Assembly (NCBI GenBank): GCA_031426735.1
Contig: JASJPK010000048.1
Span: forward strand, 92,607-156,606
DNA length: 64,000 nt
Direction: 5' to 3'
Origin: Hydrogenophilaceae bacterium
Lineage (GTDB): Bacteria > Pseudomonadota > Gammaproteobacteria > Burkholderiales > Thiobacillaceae
The position numbers and the translations under genes are program-made. The number at the start of each line of letters is the position of its first letter. The first letter of the stretch is position 1. The notes under the pieces were generated by a model. It was given only the letters and a program-made list of their open reading frames with translations, was not told the DNA's origin and ran no database searches. Shown here piece after piece: positions 1-11,798 of the stretch.

Positions 1-280
1 TGGCATAGGACTCTGGGTCTTCCATGCGTCGCGCGAATTCCAGAAAGATGGCCGGGTCGCTGAATGTTTCCATCAACCTGACGAAGTTCTTCGGATCCTT
101 GAAACCCCAGCCATTGACCGTGGAGTCGGTACAGCGATCCGCCCATTCTGTGACATTCGCCGGGGCGGGTTGCCACCCCGGCGATTTGTCGGCGACCGGC
201 GCCTGTTCCGGCTGGATCGCGGCAACTGCCGAAGTCGCGGTCCATAGCGCCGTAGAGATGATGCATATAGTTTTTTTCAT
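1..280 (-). CDS. hypothetical secreted protein (C-terminal part runs off the window)
   Basis: Own translation of the minus strand. ATG at 280-278 is preceded by a GGAGGAGAC Shine-Dalgarno. MKKTICIISTALWTATSAVAAIQPEQ... looks like a Sec signal peptide. The frame stays open to the window edge. It is absent from the ORF track because it is truncated. Confidence 0.5.
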   Translation of the reverse strand, partial: MKKTICIISTALWTATSAVAAIQPEQAPVADKSPGWQPAPANVTEWADRCTDSTVNGWGFKDPKNFVRLMETFSDPAIFLEFARRMEDPESYA

Positions 281-486
281 GTCTCCTCCATCCGTGATTG
301 GTGCCCGTTGCCGGGCTGCGAATGAGACACGAAGCTTAAAAAATGGAGGGGAGAACGGACAATTGGCAATTCCTTTAGGCCTTGAAGCATTCTTTGCACG
401 TGGCCCCGTGGCTGGCGCCCAGTGCGGCGTTGGGCTTCGCTTCGGCACTTCCTATACTGGCCTTATGGAGCGGAAGGAGCGTTTGC

Positions 487-1044
487 ATGGCTATCGGTAG
501 TGTCGGTGGAACATCGCCGATGCCCGTTTTTCAACGGGCCGGGAGTGCTGCGAGCGCGTTGACGCCGGAGCAGCAGCAGGAAGTGAATCGCCTGAAGGCC
601 ATCGACCGCAAAGTGCGTGCCCACGAACAGGCGCACATGGCAGCCGGCGGCGGTCTTGCCGGCGGGGCCAGCTTTCAATTCGTGCGCGGACCGGATGGCC
701 GCCAATATGCGGTGGCCGGCGAGGTTTCGATCAGTCTTTCATCCGGCCAGACGCCGGAATCGACCATCGCCCGCGCCCGCCAGATTCAGGCTGCCGCCCT
801 GGCGCCGATCGATCCGTCGTCGCAGGATCGCGCCGTCGCCGCTGCCGCCGCCCAGATGGAAAGCCAGGCGCGGGCGGAGTTGAGCCGAATGAAACAGGCG
901 GAACTGGCTGACGCTTCTTCCGGCGATAGCGCTGCTTCGGGTCGCGCTGCCTCCGCCAACGCGCTAGCCCGCGGCCTGTCGGCCTACGCCGCGCAGGAAG
1001 ATGTGCCGCCGCCGAACCCTGGCCGGATCGACCAGTACGCCTGA
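487..1044 (+). CDS. SprA-related / putative HExxH metalloprotease family protein
   Basis: Motif block EVNRLKAIDRKVRAHEQAHMAAGG...FQFVRGPDGRQYAVAGEVSI is typical of the SprA-related family. HEQAH is an HExxH motif. The internal ATG at 487 follows GGAAGGAG; the upstream part of ORF 382-1044 looks non-coding. Confidence 0.7.
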   Translation: MAIGSVGGTSPMPVFQRAGSAASALTPEQQQEVNRLKAIDRKVRAHEQAHMAAGGGLAGGASFQFVRGPDGRQYAVAGEVSISLSSGQTPESTIARARQIQAAALAPIDPSSQDRAVAAAAAQMESQARAELSRMKQAELADASSGDSAASGRAASANALARGLSAYAAQEDVPPPNPGRIDQYA

Positions 1045-1066
1045 GTCTGAGCCGTCCGACCGGCCA

Positions 1067-2578
1067 TCATGTTCCGCAGAAAGTCCGAAATTCCGCCATG
1101 AATTCCCCCGATGCCGGCTCGGCGTAGCGGGCCAGGGCCGGGTCTTCGTCGAAGGGCTGCTGCAGCGCATTCAGCAGTTGCTCGAACGGCGCCAGGTTGC
1201 CTTCGTCCGAAGCCGCGTTCAGGGCTTCCTCGACGCGATGGTTGCGCGGAATCAGCCAGGGATTGACCCGGCGCATCGCCCCGGCGCGTGCACTGGCCGC
1301 AACGGGGTCGACAGCCTCGGCAGCGCAGCGCTCGTGCCAGCGTTGCAACCAGCGCTCCAGCCCCGGTTGTCCGGCGAACAAGGCACGTAGCGGCGCTTCG
1401 TTGCCTGCCGCCGCATCTGCCAGCCGTCTCCAGGCCAGCGTGAAATCCACCTGCTGGGCATGCAGCAGATCCAGCCAACTTTCGCCCAGCGCGGTATCGA
1501 CATGATCGCCATGCTCGACGGTGCCGCGTAGCCCCAGCTTGGCACGCACGCCGGTCAGCCAGTGCTGTTGATAGCGCCCCATGAAGGCGTCGATCACCTC
1601 GCTGGCTAGGCTGATCGCGCGGCCCTCGTCGGCATCGATCAGAGGCAGCAGCGTCTCGGCCAGGCGGGCCAGGTTCCAGCGCGCGATGCGCGGCTGCGCC
1701 TCGTAGGCATAGCGGCCCATTTCGTCGATGGAGCTGAACACCGCGCGCGGGTCGTAGGCCTCCATGAAGGCGCAGGGGCCGAAGTCGATGCTCTCGCCGG
1801 GAATGCCCATGTTGTCGGTGTTCATCACGCCGTGGATGAAGCCGACATGCATCCATTGCGCGATCAGCGCCGCCTGGCGTTCGGCGACGGAACGCAGGAA
1901 TTCCAGATAGCGGTTATCGGCGTCGGCGAGTTCGGGGAAATGGCGCGCGATGGCGTAATCGGCGAGTTGGCGCAACTTCTCCGGCGTGCCGTGCGCCGCA
2001 AAGTACTGAAAAGTGCCGACCCGCAAATGGCTCGCGGCGACCCGCGTGAGGATGGCGCCGGGCAGTGTGCGCTCGCGCCAGACCGGTTCGCCGGTGGACA
2101 CCACCGCCAGCGCGCGCGTGGTGGGTATGCCCAGCGCGTGCATCGCCTCGCCGATCAGCACCTCGCGCAGCATCGGCCCCACCGCCGCCTTGCCGTCGCC
2201 GCGGCGGGAGAAGGGTGTGCGCCCCGAACCCTTCAGCGCGATGTCGCGGCGCCGGCCGTGGCGGTCGATGACCTCGCCGATCAGCAGCGCCCGGCCGTCG
2301 CCCAACTGGGGATTGAACTGCCCGAACTGATGCCCCGAATAGGCCTGGGCAATCGGCTGCGCGCCCTCCGGCAGCGCGTTGCCCGAAAACATCGCCGCCA
2401 GCGCGGCAGCGTCCTGTCCCGCCAGGCCCAACTGCAATTCCGCCGCCAGCCCGTGGTTGAAGAACAGCAACAGCGGTTCACCTACCGTCGCGGGCTGGCA
2501 AGGCTCGTAGAAGCCGGGCAGGTCGCGGGCATAGGTGTTGTCGAAAGGGATGGCGGGGTTGGGCATCGGAGGATTCAC
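1067..2578 (-). CDS. selO: protein adenylyltransferase SelO (YdiU/UPF0061)
   Basis: 503-aa ORF with characteristic SelO blocks: AYSGHQFG..QLGDGRA, LKGSGRTPFSR.GDG.A, IHGVMNTDNM. Confidence 0.9.
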   Translation of the reverse strand: MNPPMPNPAIPFDNTYARDLPGFYEPCQPATVGEPLLLFFNHGLAAELQLGLAGQDAAALAAMFSGNALPEGAQPIAQAYSGHQFGQFNPQLGDGRALLIGEVIDRHGRRRDIALKGSGRTPFSRRGDGKAAVGPMLREVLIGEAMHALGIPTTRALAVVSTGEPVWRERTLPGAILTRVAASHLRVGTFQYFAAHGTPEKLRQLADYAIARHFPELADADNRYLEFLRSVAERQAALIAQWMHVGFIHGVMNTDNMGIPGESIDFGPCAFMEAYDPRAVFSSIDEMGRYAYEAQPRIARWNLARLAETLLPLIDADEGRAISLASEVIDAFMGRYQQHWLTGVRAKLGLRGTVEHGDHVDTALGESWLDLLHAQQVDFTLAWRRLADAAAGNEAPLRALFAGQPGLERWLQRWHERCAAEAVDPVAASARAGAMRRVNPWLIPRNHRVEEALNAASDEGNLAPFEQLLNALQQPFDEDPALARYAEPASGEFMAEFRTFCGT

Positions 2579-2669
2579 ATTTCAGGAGTTGCAGTTGGCT
2601 GACCGGAACTTGAGGCCAATCGCGCGGAAATTCCACCCCAAGGCGAGCAGGGAAACACCGCTTGATGCG

Positions 2670-4004
2670 TTAATGCACTGCGCCCAACCTTGTGGACTGC
2701 CTTCTCATGCCGCTGAAAATCGCTGCCGCCAGATCCATGGGGAAGTCGTCCGGCAACAACTTCTCGACCTCGCCGATCACGCTTTCCGTGGCGACGATCA
2801 CTTGCTCAATCAAGCGCTCGGCCGCTACAGCCCCGAGGCCGACTTGTTGCGCCTGGGCGATCCAGTGCCTTGGCTGGATTTTGTCGATCAGGTCGTGGTT
2901 GCTGCTCCCCCGTACCGCCATGGCAAGTCTGGCCTTTTGCGGTGGAATCCGGTTTCTTCCCGTCCCGATGACGGGATGGGCGGACAGCACATCGTAGATG
3001 GGGGTGGCGCGGTAGCGGCCGCCGGGGAGCAGGGCGAGGCTGAAGTTTTTCCCATGGCCATCGGTGGCGGCCAGCAGCCAGAAAATGATCTGGGTCTTGA
3101 AGAAGGTGTCCCGGTCCTGCGCTGCATTGTCCGAGCCGAGCAGCAATTCCATGATGCGGGCAATGCCCGGGCCGCCATCCGCCTGATATTTGAGGAGTGG
3201 CGATGTTCCCGTTGCCTGGCACATGTCCTCCTGGGGCAGACGAACGATCCAGCTTCCATCGCTGGCCGGGGTGCGGTCGAAGCGTTCGACCAGCAGGGCT
3301 TTCTGTTCCTCGAAATGTGCGATTTCGCACGCTGCGATGGGGATGTCGTAAGCCGCCATGATTTTCGAACACAACCATTCGTTCTCGACCGAGGTGCGCA
3401 TATCGGCCTGCATGTGGCCGACCAAACCCAGAGGTAGTTTGAAGATGTGCGTGGTGGGGGTGCTGCCATGGGGCAACAGCCATTGCTCCCCATGACGCAA
3501 CAAGGCGGTTTTCTCCTGCGCGCCGGCGATGGATAGTCTCAGGTCGGCATCGTCACCCTGCTGCCCCAAAGCGGGTGTCAATGTGACATTGCGCAGTCGT
3601 TGGGCGACTCCCGCGACATCCAGTGCCTTGCCATGGATTTCATAGACATCAGCCGGCGTTTCATCCTCGGGGAGGAGCTGTATCGCACCCACACAGTCCC
3701 GCCCCAATTTCGCCAGCAGGCGAAAGGCATCCATGCCTCCGGTCTGATAACGCTGCGCCAGACGACGGCGGATGGCATCGTTGTCAGGCAGCAGGTTGTC
3801 GAAATAGTCGGTCACGATCTGCCCCTGGTAAGGCGCATTGCCCGGCAGGAAGGGCAGCGATAACGACAATGGGCGGGACTGTTCGTCCGCAAGCCATGCA
3901 TCGAAATAGCCGAGCCGTTCGCTTTGCCGGGTGGTTTCCCAGTAGCCGACCGGAAGGCCGTTCATCCAGATATGCAGCCTTTGTGTCTGTGCGCGGCGTC
4001 CCAT
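2670..4004 (-). CDS. hipA: type II toxin HipA-family serine/threonine kinase
   Basis: 444 aa. N-terminal coupling domain (LHIWMNGLPVGYW) and kinase core (GAQEKTALL, ATDGHGKNFSL). It starts 2 nt after the stop of the upstream HTH gene. Confidence 0.9.
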   Translation of the reverse strand: MGRRAQTQRLHIWMNGLPVGYWETTRQSERLGYFDAWLADEQSRPLSLSLPFLPGNAPYQGQIVTDYFDNLLPDNDAIRRRLAQRYQTGGMDAFRLLAKLGRDCVGAIQLLPEDETPADVYEIHGKALDVAGVAQRLRNVTLTPALGQQGDDADLRLSIAGAQEKTALLRHGEQWLLPHGSTPTTHIFKLPLGLVGHMQADMRTSVENEWLCSKIMAAYDIPIAACEIAHFEEQKALLVERFDRTPASDGSWIVRLPQEDMCQATGTSPLLKYQADGGPGIARIMELLLGSDNAAQDRDTFFKTQIIFWLLAATDGHGKNFSLALLPGGRYRATPIYDVLSAHPVIGTGRNRIPPQKARLAMAVRGSSNHDLIDKIQPRHWIAQAQQVGLGAVAAERLIEQVIVATESVIGEVEKLLPDDFPMDLAAAIFSGMRRQSTRLGAVH

Positions 4005-4006
4005 GC

Positions 4007-4348
4007 TTACCAGCTTTCCTTTTTTCTGGTCGGGCCAGAGGGCTTCTCTGCCTTTGTTTTCCTGACCGGCGTGTTGCCAGTGAGCTTGCCGATGGTCTGG
4101 CTGGCGGGTGCATTCACCTCGCTGTCGGCAGACGCGATCTGATCCAGCGAAATGTCGACATCCAGCAGACGCAGCACCAGGAAAAGCCGCTCCAGCGTCG
4201 CGGTCGCAGGATTGGCTTCAAAGTAGGCATAACTTTGCTGGGTGATGCCCAGTTTCTCTGCCATGGCCGCCTGGGTCAGCCCTTTCTCCTTGCGAAAGCC
4301 CTTGAGGACCAGAGGGAGTTGGCTGAGCGTCTTGATGGGGTAGATCAC
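4007..4348 (-). CDS. hipB: HipB-like XRE-family HTH antitoxin
   Basis: 113 aa. HTH block GLTQAAMAEKLGITQQSYAYFE. The C-terminus ends in Trp (..KKESW), as in E. coli HipB. It lies immediately upstream of hipA. Confidence 0.8.
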   Translation of the reverse strand: MIYPIKTLSQLPLVLKGFRKEKGLTQAAMAEKLGITQQSYAYFEANPATATLERLFLVLRLLDVDISLDQIASADSEVNAPASQTIGKLTGNTPVRKTKAEKPSGPTRKKESW

Positions 4349-4391
4349 TTTTGCCTCCGTGCGCGAGCCTTGCGGAAATACAGGCCTCGGG

Positions 4392-4464
4392 CTGTAAATT
4401 TATTTAACAGTCCTGTATTTGTATCTTATGTTTACAGAACGTATTTTGTAAATTTAATTTACAG
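4392..4464 (-). promoter_or_regulatory. candidate hipBA operator/promoter region with repeated CTGTA...TACAG palindromes
   Basis: AT-rich stretch 44-115 bp upstream of hipB. CTGTAAATTTATTTAACAG at 4392-4410. A perfect 17-bp palindrome TGTAAATTTAATTTACA at 4447-4463. Further CTGTA/TACAG half sites lie between and after them. Confidence 0.5.
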
Positions 4465-4594
4465 GCTTGAGTCTGTATTTAATCCGCTGAAACGCGGCCT
4501 CGTGCCTTCCTCCGGATGATGTCGGAAGGTGCCGGCAAAAAAACGCCAGCTTTCCCAATTTACGCACTCATCATCGGCAGGGCGCGCAGCGAGC

Positions 4595-4624
4595 GTAGCC
4601 CGGATGGAGCAACGCGGAATCCGG
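4595..4624. repeat. REP-C partial copy (GTAGCCCGGATG..GGAATCCGG)
   Basis: Matches the left arm, loop and part of the right arm of the element at 33527-33565. Confidence 0.5.
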
Positions 4625-4671
4625 CGCCCTGATGAAGCTTCTGTCGCATCCTACGACCCGTAACGGGGTCG

Positions 4672-6447
4672 TCAGCCCCTGGCGCGAGAAAGCCGTTCAT
4701 CACTCGCCAGGCTCCCGCTGGTCACCCGGTTCCTGCCCTGTTCCTTGGATTGGTAGAGGCACTGATCGGCGGCTGCAATCAGGGCATCCAGGGTAGCGTG
4801 AGTGTCCTCTTTCTGGGCGATGCCGATGCTGACGGTCACCGAGGTTTCCCCCGTTCCGTGCGGGACGGCCATTCCGGCGATGCTGATGCGCAACCTTTCC
4901 GCCAGCACCCTGGCTGCGGACAGGTCGGTTTCGGGCAGGAAAACAATGAATTCCTCGCCGCCCCACCGGGCCGCCACATCCCCCTGTCGGATGGATTGTT
5001 TGAGGACTTCGGCCATCGCCTTCAGCACCACGTCGCCGTGGGCGTGGCCTAGCGTGTCGTTGATACGCTTGAACCAGTCGACGTCGAACAACATCACTGC
5101 AGCGGGGTGTTGATGGCGGATGGCGTTGTTCCAGAGGGGACCGGTCCTGTGGTAGAAGGCGCGTCGATTGTTCAATCCCGTCAGCGGGTCCTGCTGCGCC
5201 AGTTGTTCGGCGCGCAGTTTTTCCTCCTGGCCAACGCGGAACTGGTAGCCCAGCGCCAGGGCGAGCAGGGTGGCATCCAGCAGCATGCCGATTTCCACGG
5301 CCCGGAACGTCCAGTCGTTGTGGGGAATGAAGCCCCAGGTCGAAAGCAAGGTCAGCAGGGCGCCCACCATGGCCGCCACGGCGGCGATCAGGAAATATTG
5401 CGCCGGCTTGTGGCCGGCCCTGACCGAGACGATGCCCAGGAACAACATGATTCCGGTGAACAGGAACGCGAAGGAAAACGAGATCAGCAGCGCGGCAAAC
5501 CGGCTGTCCAGCAGGATGGCGCCGGCCAGCGAGGCGACGCCTGCGCCGCAAAAGCCGAGCACGATCCTGCGGATGTGGGGGAAATCGTCGCGCAGGTTGA
5601 GAAAGCGGATGGCGAACAGCAGGCCGCTCACGCCGTAGAGGATGATCAGCACCGCGTTGGACCAGGCCTGCCAAGTCGGCGCACCCGGCCAGAGCCAGGC
5701 GTAACCATGGCCGGTATAGGCGACGTTCAGGGCGACGAACGCCATCAGGTAGAACGCGTAGAGCAGGTAGCGCTTGCTGCGCAGGCTGACGTAGAGCAGG
5801 GCGTTGTAGGCCATCAGGGCCAGCAGGAAGCCGTAGATGACGCCATAGCTGAATTCCTGGCGCGCTTCACGGGTACGCGCCGTATCCGGGCTGGCCAAGT
5901 GGATCGGCAACACCATGGGGTCGGGCGTTTCGACGCGGATGAAGACATCGCTGATCCCGGGCGCATAGGCCTGGTCGAACATGAAATAGCGGCTCGTCAC
6001 CGGCCGTCGAGCGAACTCCAGGTGGTCGCCGGCGCGATACGGCGCGACGCTGCGGCCGCCATGCCGGAAATACACCTCGATATGGTCGAGCCAGGCCGTT
6101 TCCAGGGACAGTCTGCGGACCTGTGGCTGCGCCGTGGGATTGTCCACGGCGAGGTGTATCCAGACCGGTTTTGCGCCGATGCCGAAATTCAGAACCGGGC
6201 TTTTCCCCGGCGTGAATTTTCCGGCATTGAAGGCGGCAAGCGCATCCGGCAAGGCAAGTCGGTCGTTTTCCTCGCGCAGGGATCGGGTGGACAGGCCGAG
6301 GGCGCCGTCGGGCGTTCCGATCACCGACACCGGCGCGGCGGCGACCGGCGTGGCCGCGCTGACGATCCACATGGTCGTTAACAGGACCAGCAAGGCGATC
6401 AGGAAACTGTCGTGCGCGAACCTACGCGACCGTCCAGCCGTAGCCAT
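4672..6447 (-). CDS. diguanylate cyclase with 7TMR-DISM-type sensor (signal peptide, periplasmic domain, 7 TM, GGDEF)
   Basis: 591 aa. The C-terminal GGDEF domain has an intact RWGGEEF motif. The centre has multiple hydrophobic helices, preceded by an N-terminal periplasmic domain. Confidence 0.85.
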   Translation of the reverse strand: MATAGRSRRFAHDSFLIALLVLLTTMWIVSAATPVAAAPVSVIGTPDGALGLSTRSLREENDRLALPDALAAFNAGKFTPGKSPVLNFGIGAKPVWIHLAVDNPTAQPQVRRLSLETAWLDHIEVYFRHGGRSVAPYRAGDHLEFARRPVTSRYFMFDQAYAPGISDVFIRVETPDPMVLPIHLASPDTARTREARQEFSYGVIYGFLLALMAYNALLYVSLRSKRYLLYAFYLMAFVALNVAYTGHGYAWLWPGAPTWQAWSNAVLIILYGVSGLLFAIRFLNLRDDFPHIRRIVLGFCGAGVASLAGAILLDSRFAALLISFSFAFLFTGIMLFLGIVSVRAGHKPAQYFLIAAVAAMVGALLTLLSTWGFIPHNDWTFRAVEIGMLLDATLLALALGYQFRVGQEEKLRAEQLAQQDPLTGLNNRRAFYHRTGPLWNNAIRHQHPAAVMLFDVDWFKRINDTLGHAHGDVVLKAMAEVLKQSIRQGDVAARWGGEEFIVFLPETDLSAARVLAERLRISIAGMAVPHGTGETSVTVSIGIAQKEDTHATLDALIAAADQCLYQSKEQGRNRVTSGSLASDERLSRARG

Positions 6448-6493
6448 GGGGTGCGGTGTCAGGCGGACTCTGAAAATGGCATCGTTTCCGGGA

Positions 6494-8575
<2,082 letters not shown>

Positions 8576-8640
8576 CGGAAACTAGCCCAAAGCCGCCTAC
8601 AAAACAACCATATCGGCGGCGCGGAAGGGGTATCGCGTCG

Positions 8641-11600
8641 TTACGACGCCGGCTGCGCCAGCTTTTGCAGCAACGCGGGCACGTGCTCGGCGAGTACCGG
8701 CCGGCTCACGAAGTAGCCCTGGATGCTGTCGCAATCGAGCTGGCGCAGGATGTAAAGCTGCGCCTCGGTTTCCACGCCTTCCGCGATCACCCACAGCTTG
8801 AGGCTCTTCGCCAGCGCGATCACCGCTTCGGCGATGGCCTTGTCGTCCGGGTCCACGGTGATGTCGCGGACGAAGGTGCGGTCTATCTTCAGCGTGCTCA
8901 CCGGGAAGCGCTTGAGGTAGCCGAGCGAGGAATAACCGGTGCCGAAATCGTCGATGGACAGCCGCACGCCCAGGCTGCGCAAGCCGGTGAGCGTGGCGAT
9001 GGTTTCGCCGGTATCGCCCATCAGGATGCTCTCGGTGATTTCCAGTTCCAGCTTGGCGGCCGGGATGCCGGCCTCGCCGAGCACGCGGGCGACGGTGTCG
9101 AGCAGCCCCTTCTGGCGGAACTGCACTGCCGACAGGTTGACCGATATGGTCAGATCGTCGCGCCCGGCATCGTGCCAGGCCTTGAGCTGGTTGCAGGCGG
9201 TGCGCAAGATCCATTCGCCGATCGGGATGATCAGCCGCGTTTCCTCCGCCAGCGGAATGAACTTGTCGGGCGGAATCTGGCCCAGGACCGGGTGGCGCCA
9301 GCGCGCCAAGGCTTCCAGACCGAACACCGCGCCGGTTTTCAGGTCGAGTTGGGGCTGATATTCCAGGTACAGCTCGCCGCGTTCGATGGCTTTGCGCAGG
9401 CCGTTTTCCAGCTCCAGCCGCTCCATCGCCAGCGTGTTGATGCGCTCCGAATAGAACTGGAAGCTGTTGCGGCCCTGGTCCTTGGCCTGATACAGGGCGA
9501 TGTCCGCGTTCTTCAGCAGGCTGTCCATGTCGGCCGTGTCGGTCGGGTACAGGCTGATGCCGACGCTGGCGGTGATGAAGATTTCGTGCTCGTCGACCGG
9601 GAACGGCGCCTGCATTGTCGCGATGATCTTTTCCGCCACCGCCACGGCTTCCTCGCTGCCGTGGACATTGCCCAGGACCACCGCGAATTCGTCGCCGCCC
9701 AGGCGCGAAATGGTGTCCTCTTCGCGCACGCAATGGGCGAGGCGGATCGCGGCGGCCTTGAGCAGCGCGTCGCCGACGCTGTGGCCGAGGGTGTCGTTGA
9801 CCGTCTTGAAGCGGTCGAGATCGATGTACAGCAGCGCCGCCTGGGTGCCGCCGCGCCGGCTCCAGATGATCGCCCGCTCCAGCCGCTCGCGCATCAGGCG
9901 GCGGTTGGGCAGGTCGGTGAGCGGATCGTAGAAGGCGAGGCGGCGGATGGTGGATTCGGCCAATTTGCGTTCGCTGATGTCTTCCATCATGCCGACGAAA
10001 TGGGTGATTTCGCCGCGTTCGTTCTTGACCGGCGAGATCGATTCGAGGCACCAGTACAGTTCCCCGTTTTTGCGCCGGTTCCTGAATTCGCCGCGCCATT
10101 CCGCGCCGGCCAGCAGGTTGTCCCACATTTCCCGGTAAAGCTCGCCCGCCGTTTCGCCCGAACTCAACAGGCGCGGGTTGCGGCCGATCGCTTCGGCGGC
10201 CGTATAGCCGTTGATCTCGCTGAACTTGGGATTGACGTATTCGATCCTGCCGGCGCGATCGGTCACGATCACCGCGTTGGGACTTTGCTCCACGGCGCGC
10301 GACAGCTTGCGCAGACTTTCATCGGCCTGCCGGCGCGCGGAGGCGTCCACGAACGCCACCACCGTGCCGATCACCTTGCCGTCGCGGCGCATCGGATGCG
10401 ACCAGTACTCCACCGGGAAAGCGCTGCCGTCGGCGCGCCAGAAGATTTCGTCGTCGACATGCACGCCCGCCTCGGCATCGATGCCGCCGCGGGTCTTGCA
10501 TTCGTGCGCGGGGTAGGCGGAACCGTCAGGATGGGTGTGATGGATCAGCGGGTGCAGGGCTCGGCCGAGCAGTTGCTCGGCGCGGTCGTAGCCCAGCAGC
10601 CGCACGCTGGCCGGATTGGCGAGCACGCAGATGCCTTCGGTGTCCACTCCGATCAAGCCTTCGGCGGTGGAATCGAGCAGCAGATGCACTTTTTCCTCGC
10701 TCTCGCGCAGGACGCGCTGTGCCTGCTCCTGTTCGCCCGAATGGCGCCGGGCGCGTAGCGAGACGAAACCGATGGAGAACATCCCCAGCAGCCAGATGCC
10801 GCCGTGGCTGAGGCCGAGATACTCGATCTCGCGCGCCTTGATCTGGTAATAGTGCCGCAGCGGCACTGACACCCCGGTCGCGCCGCGGATGCCGCCGACC
10901 GGAATCTTGGTCCAGGCATGGCACTTCACGCAGCCCGGTTCCATGATCATCGGCCGCATCACGCGCAGATACGGCACGCCGTCGATCTGCTCGACCGTCG
11001 TCGCCTGCCTGGCGCCGCGCTCGAACGTGAGCAGGGCGTTCTTTTCCCAGGCATCCGGCCGGTTGGCCGGATTCAACACTTGCAGGCCGGTGATGCGCGC
11101 CTTGACGCCGTACAGATCGCCGAATTCCTCCATCATCTGGCGCAGCATCATGGCCGGGTTCATCAGCGTCAGCTGCTCGCCGCTGTGGGCGGTGAGATCG
11201 CGGTTGGGGATATGCGCGAGATACGGGCTGGGCTGAACTTTTTTGCCGATCGCCGCATAGAGCCCGCCGCGGCTGGTGGCCCAGAGCCGAAAGGCGAGAT
11301 CGCGGTTGATGTTGGCCCGGGCTTCCGCCATGGCGAGTTCCATCACCTTGGCGTCTTCCTGGTGAATGTTCCAGCCGAGCGACGACCCGACCGCCAGGGT
11401 CCACACCAGCGCCACCACGCCGGTGAGGCGATTGATGGTTTTCCGCTGTCCGGCGGAAAGCGCAGGCGGCGCGATTACGCTGAACAATAAACCCCCGAGT
11501 TCGATAACGTCATGAGCATCCTCCGGAAACCGACTCTCAACCAGGCGGTTCAGTGCGCAGAAGATGACGTCGGCGCGGCCAGGGCGGATGTAGAACGGCT

Positions 11601-11685
11601 TGGTGCAGCAAGCCGCAATTGTGCAGGCGTGGCGGCGGATTGTCCGTTGGGAATCCGCCCTACGTGGATTCCCAAGCCGCTCCAA
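8641..11685 (-). CDS. sensor protein: TM + periplasmic heme-c (CxxCH, DUF3365-like) domain, 2 PAS, GGDEF, EAL
   Basis: The N-terminal domain contains CVKCH. Intact RLGGDEF and LEALARW...DDFGTGYSSL motifs. The true start is uncertain: there is no internal ATG before the first TM helix, and a TTG near 11490 with a GGGGG SD is possible. Confidence 0.85.
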   Translation of the reverse strand: MERLGNPRRADSQRTIRRHACTIAACCTKPFYIRPGRADVIFCALNRLVESRFPEDAHDVIELGGLLFSVIAPPALSAGQRKTINRLTGVVALVWTLAVGSSLGWNIHQEDAKVMELAMAEARANINRDLAFRLWATSRGGLYAAIGKKVQPSPYLAHIPNRDLTAHSGEQLTLMNPAMMLRQMMEEFGDLYGVKARITGLQVLNPANRPDAWEKNALLTFERGARQATTVEQIDGVPYLRVMRPMIMEPGCVKCHAWTKIPVGGIRGATGVSVPLRHYYQIKAREIEYLGLSHGGIWLLGMFSIGFVSLRARRHSGEQEQAQRVLRESEEKVHLLLDSTAEGLIGVDTEGICVLANPASVRLLGYDRAEQLLGRALHPLIHHTHPDGSAYPAHECKTRGGIDAEAGVHVDDEIFWRADGSAFPVEYWSHPMRRDGKVIGTVVAFVDASARRQADESLRKLSRAVEQSPNAVIVTDRAGRIEYVNPKFSEINGYTAAEAIGRNPRLLSSGETAGELYREMWDNLLAGAEWRGEFRNRRKNGELYWCLESISPVKNERGEITHFVGMMEDISERKLAESTIRRLAFYDPLTDLPNRRLMRERLERAIIWSRRGGTQAALLYIDLDRFKTVNDTLGHSVGDALLKAAAIRLAHCVREEDTISRLGGDEFAVVLGNVHGSEEAVAVAEKIIATMQAPFPVDEHEIFITASVGISLYPTDTADMDSLLKNADIALYQAKDQGRNSFQFYSERINTLAMERLELENGLRKAIERGELYLEYQPQLDLKTGAVFGLEALARWRHPVLGQIPPDKFIPLAEETRLIIPIGEWILRTACNQLKAWHDAGRDDLTISVNLSAVQFRQKGLLDTVARVLGEAGIPAAKLELEITESILMGDTGETIATLTGLRSLGVRLSIDDFGTGYSSLGYLKRFPVSTLKIDRTFVRDITVDPDDKAIAEAVIALAKSLKLWVIAEGVETEAQLYILRQLDCDSIQGYFVSRPVLAEHVPALLQKLAQPAS

Positions 11686-11798
11686 CAGGGCAACGTCTCA
11701 GCCAAATCCCGATGCCGTGCGACGGGGCGTCCATGGCAAACTCGCGCGCATTGCCTCCGGCCGCCGCCGGGAGGTGCTTCCGACTGGGCGGGTCTGGC

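Noticed and set aside
24-500. 158-aa plus-strand ORF at the window start
   Set aside because: It has no motif. It overlaps a minus-strand ORF with SD, ATG and signal peptide (1-280), and it runs into the SprA-related gene start.
487-2578. Possible functional pairing of the SprA-related HExxH protein and SelO
   Set aside because: The genes are convergent (stops 23 nt apart), so they are not an operon. Adjacency alone is no evidence of a system.
8665-10758. 697-aa plus-strand ORF opposite the PAS-GGDEF-EAL gene
   Set aside because: It is an antisense shadow ORF with Ala/Arg/Gly/Asp-rich composition. The minus-strand frame carries intact PAS, GGDEF and EAL motifs.
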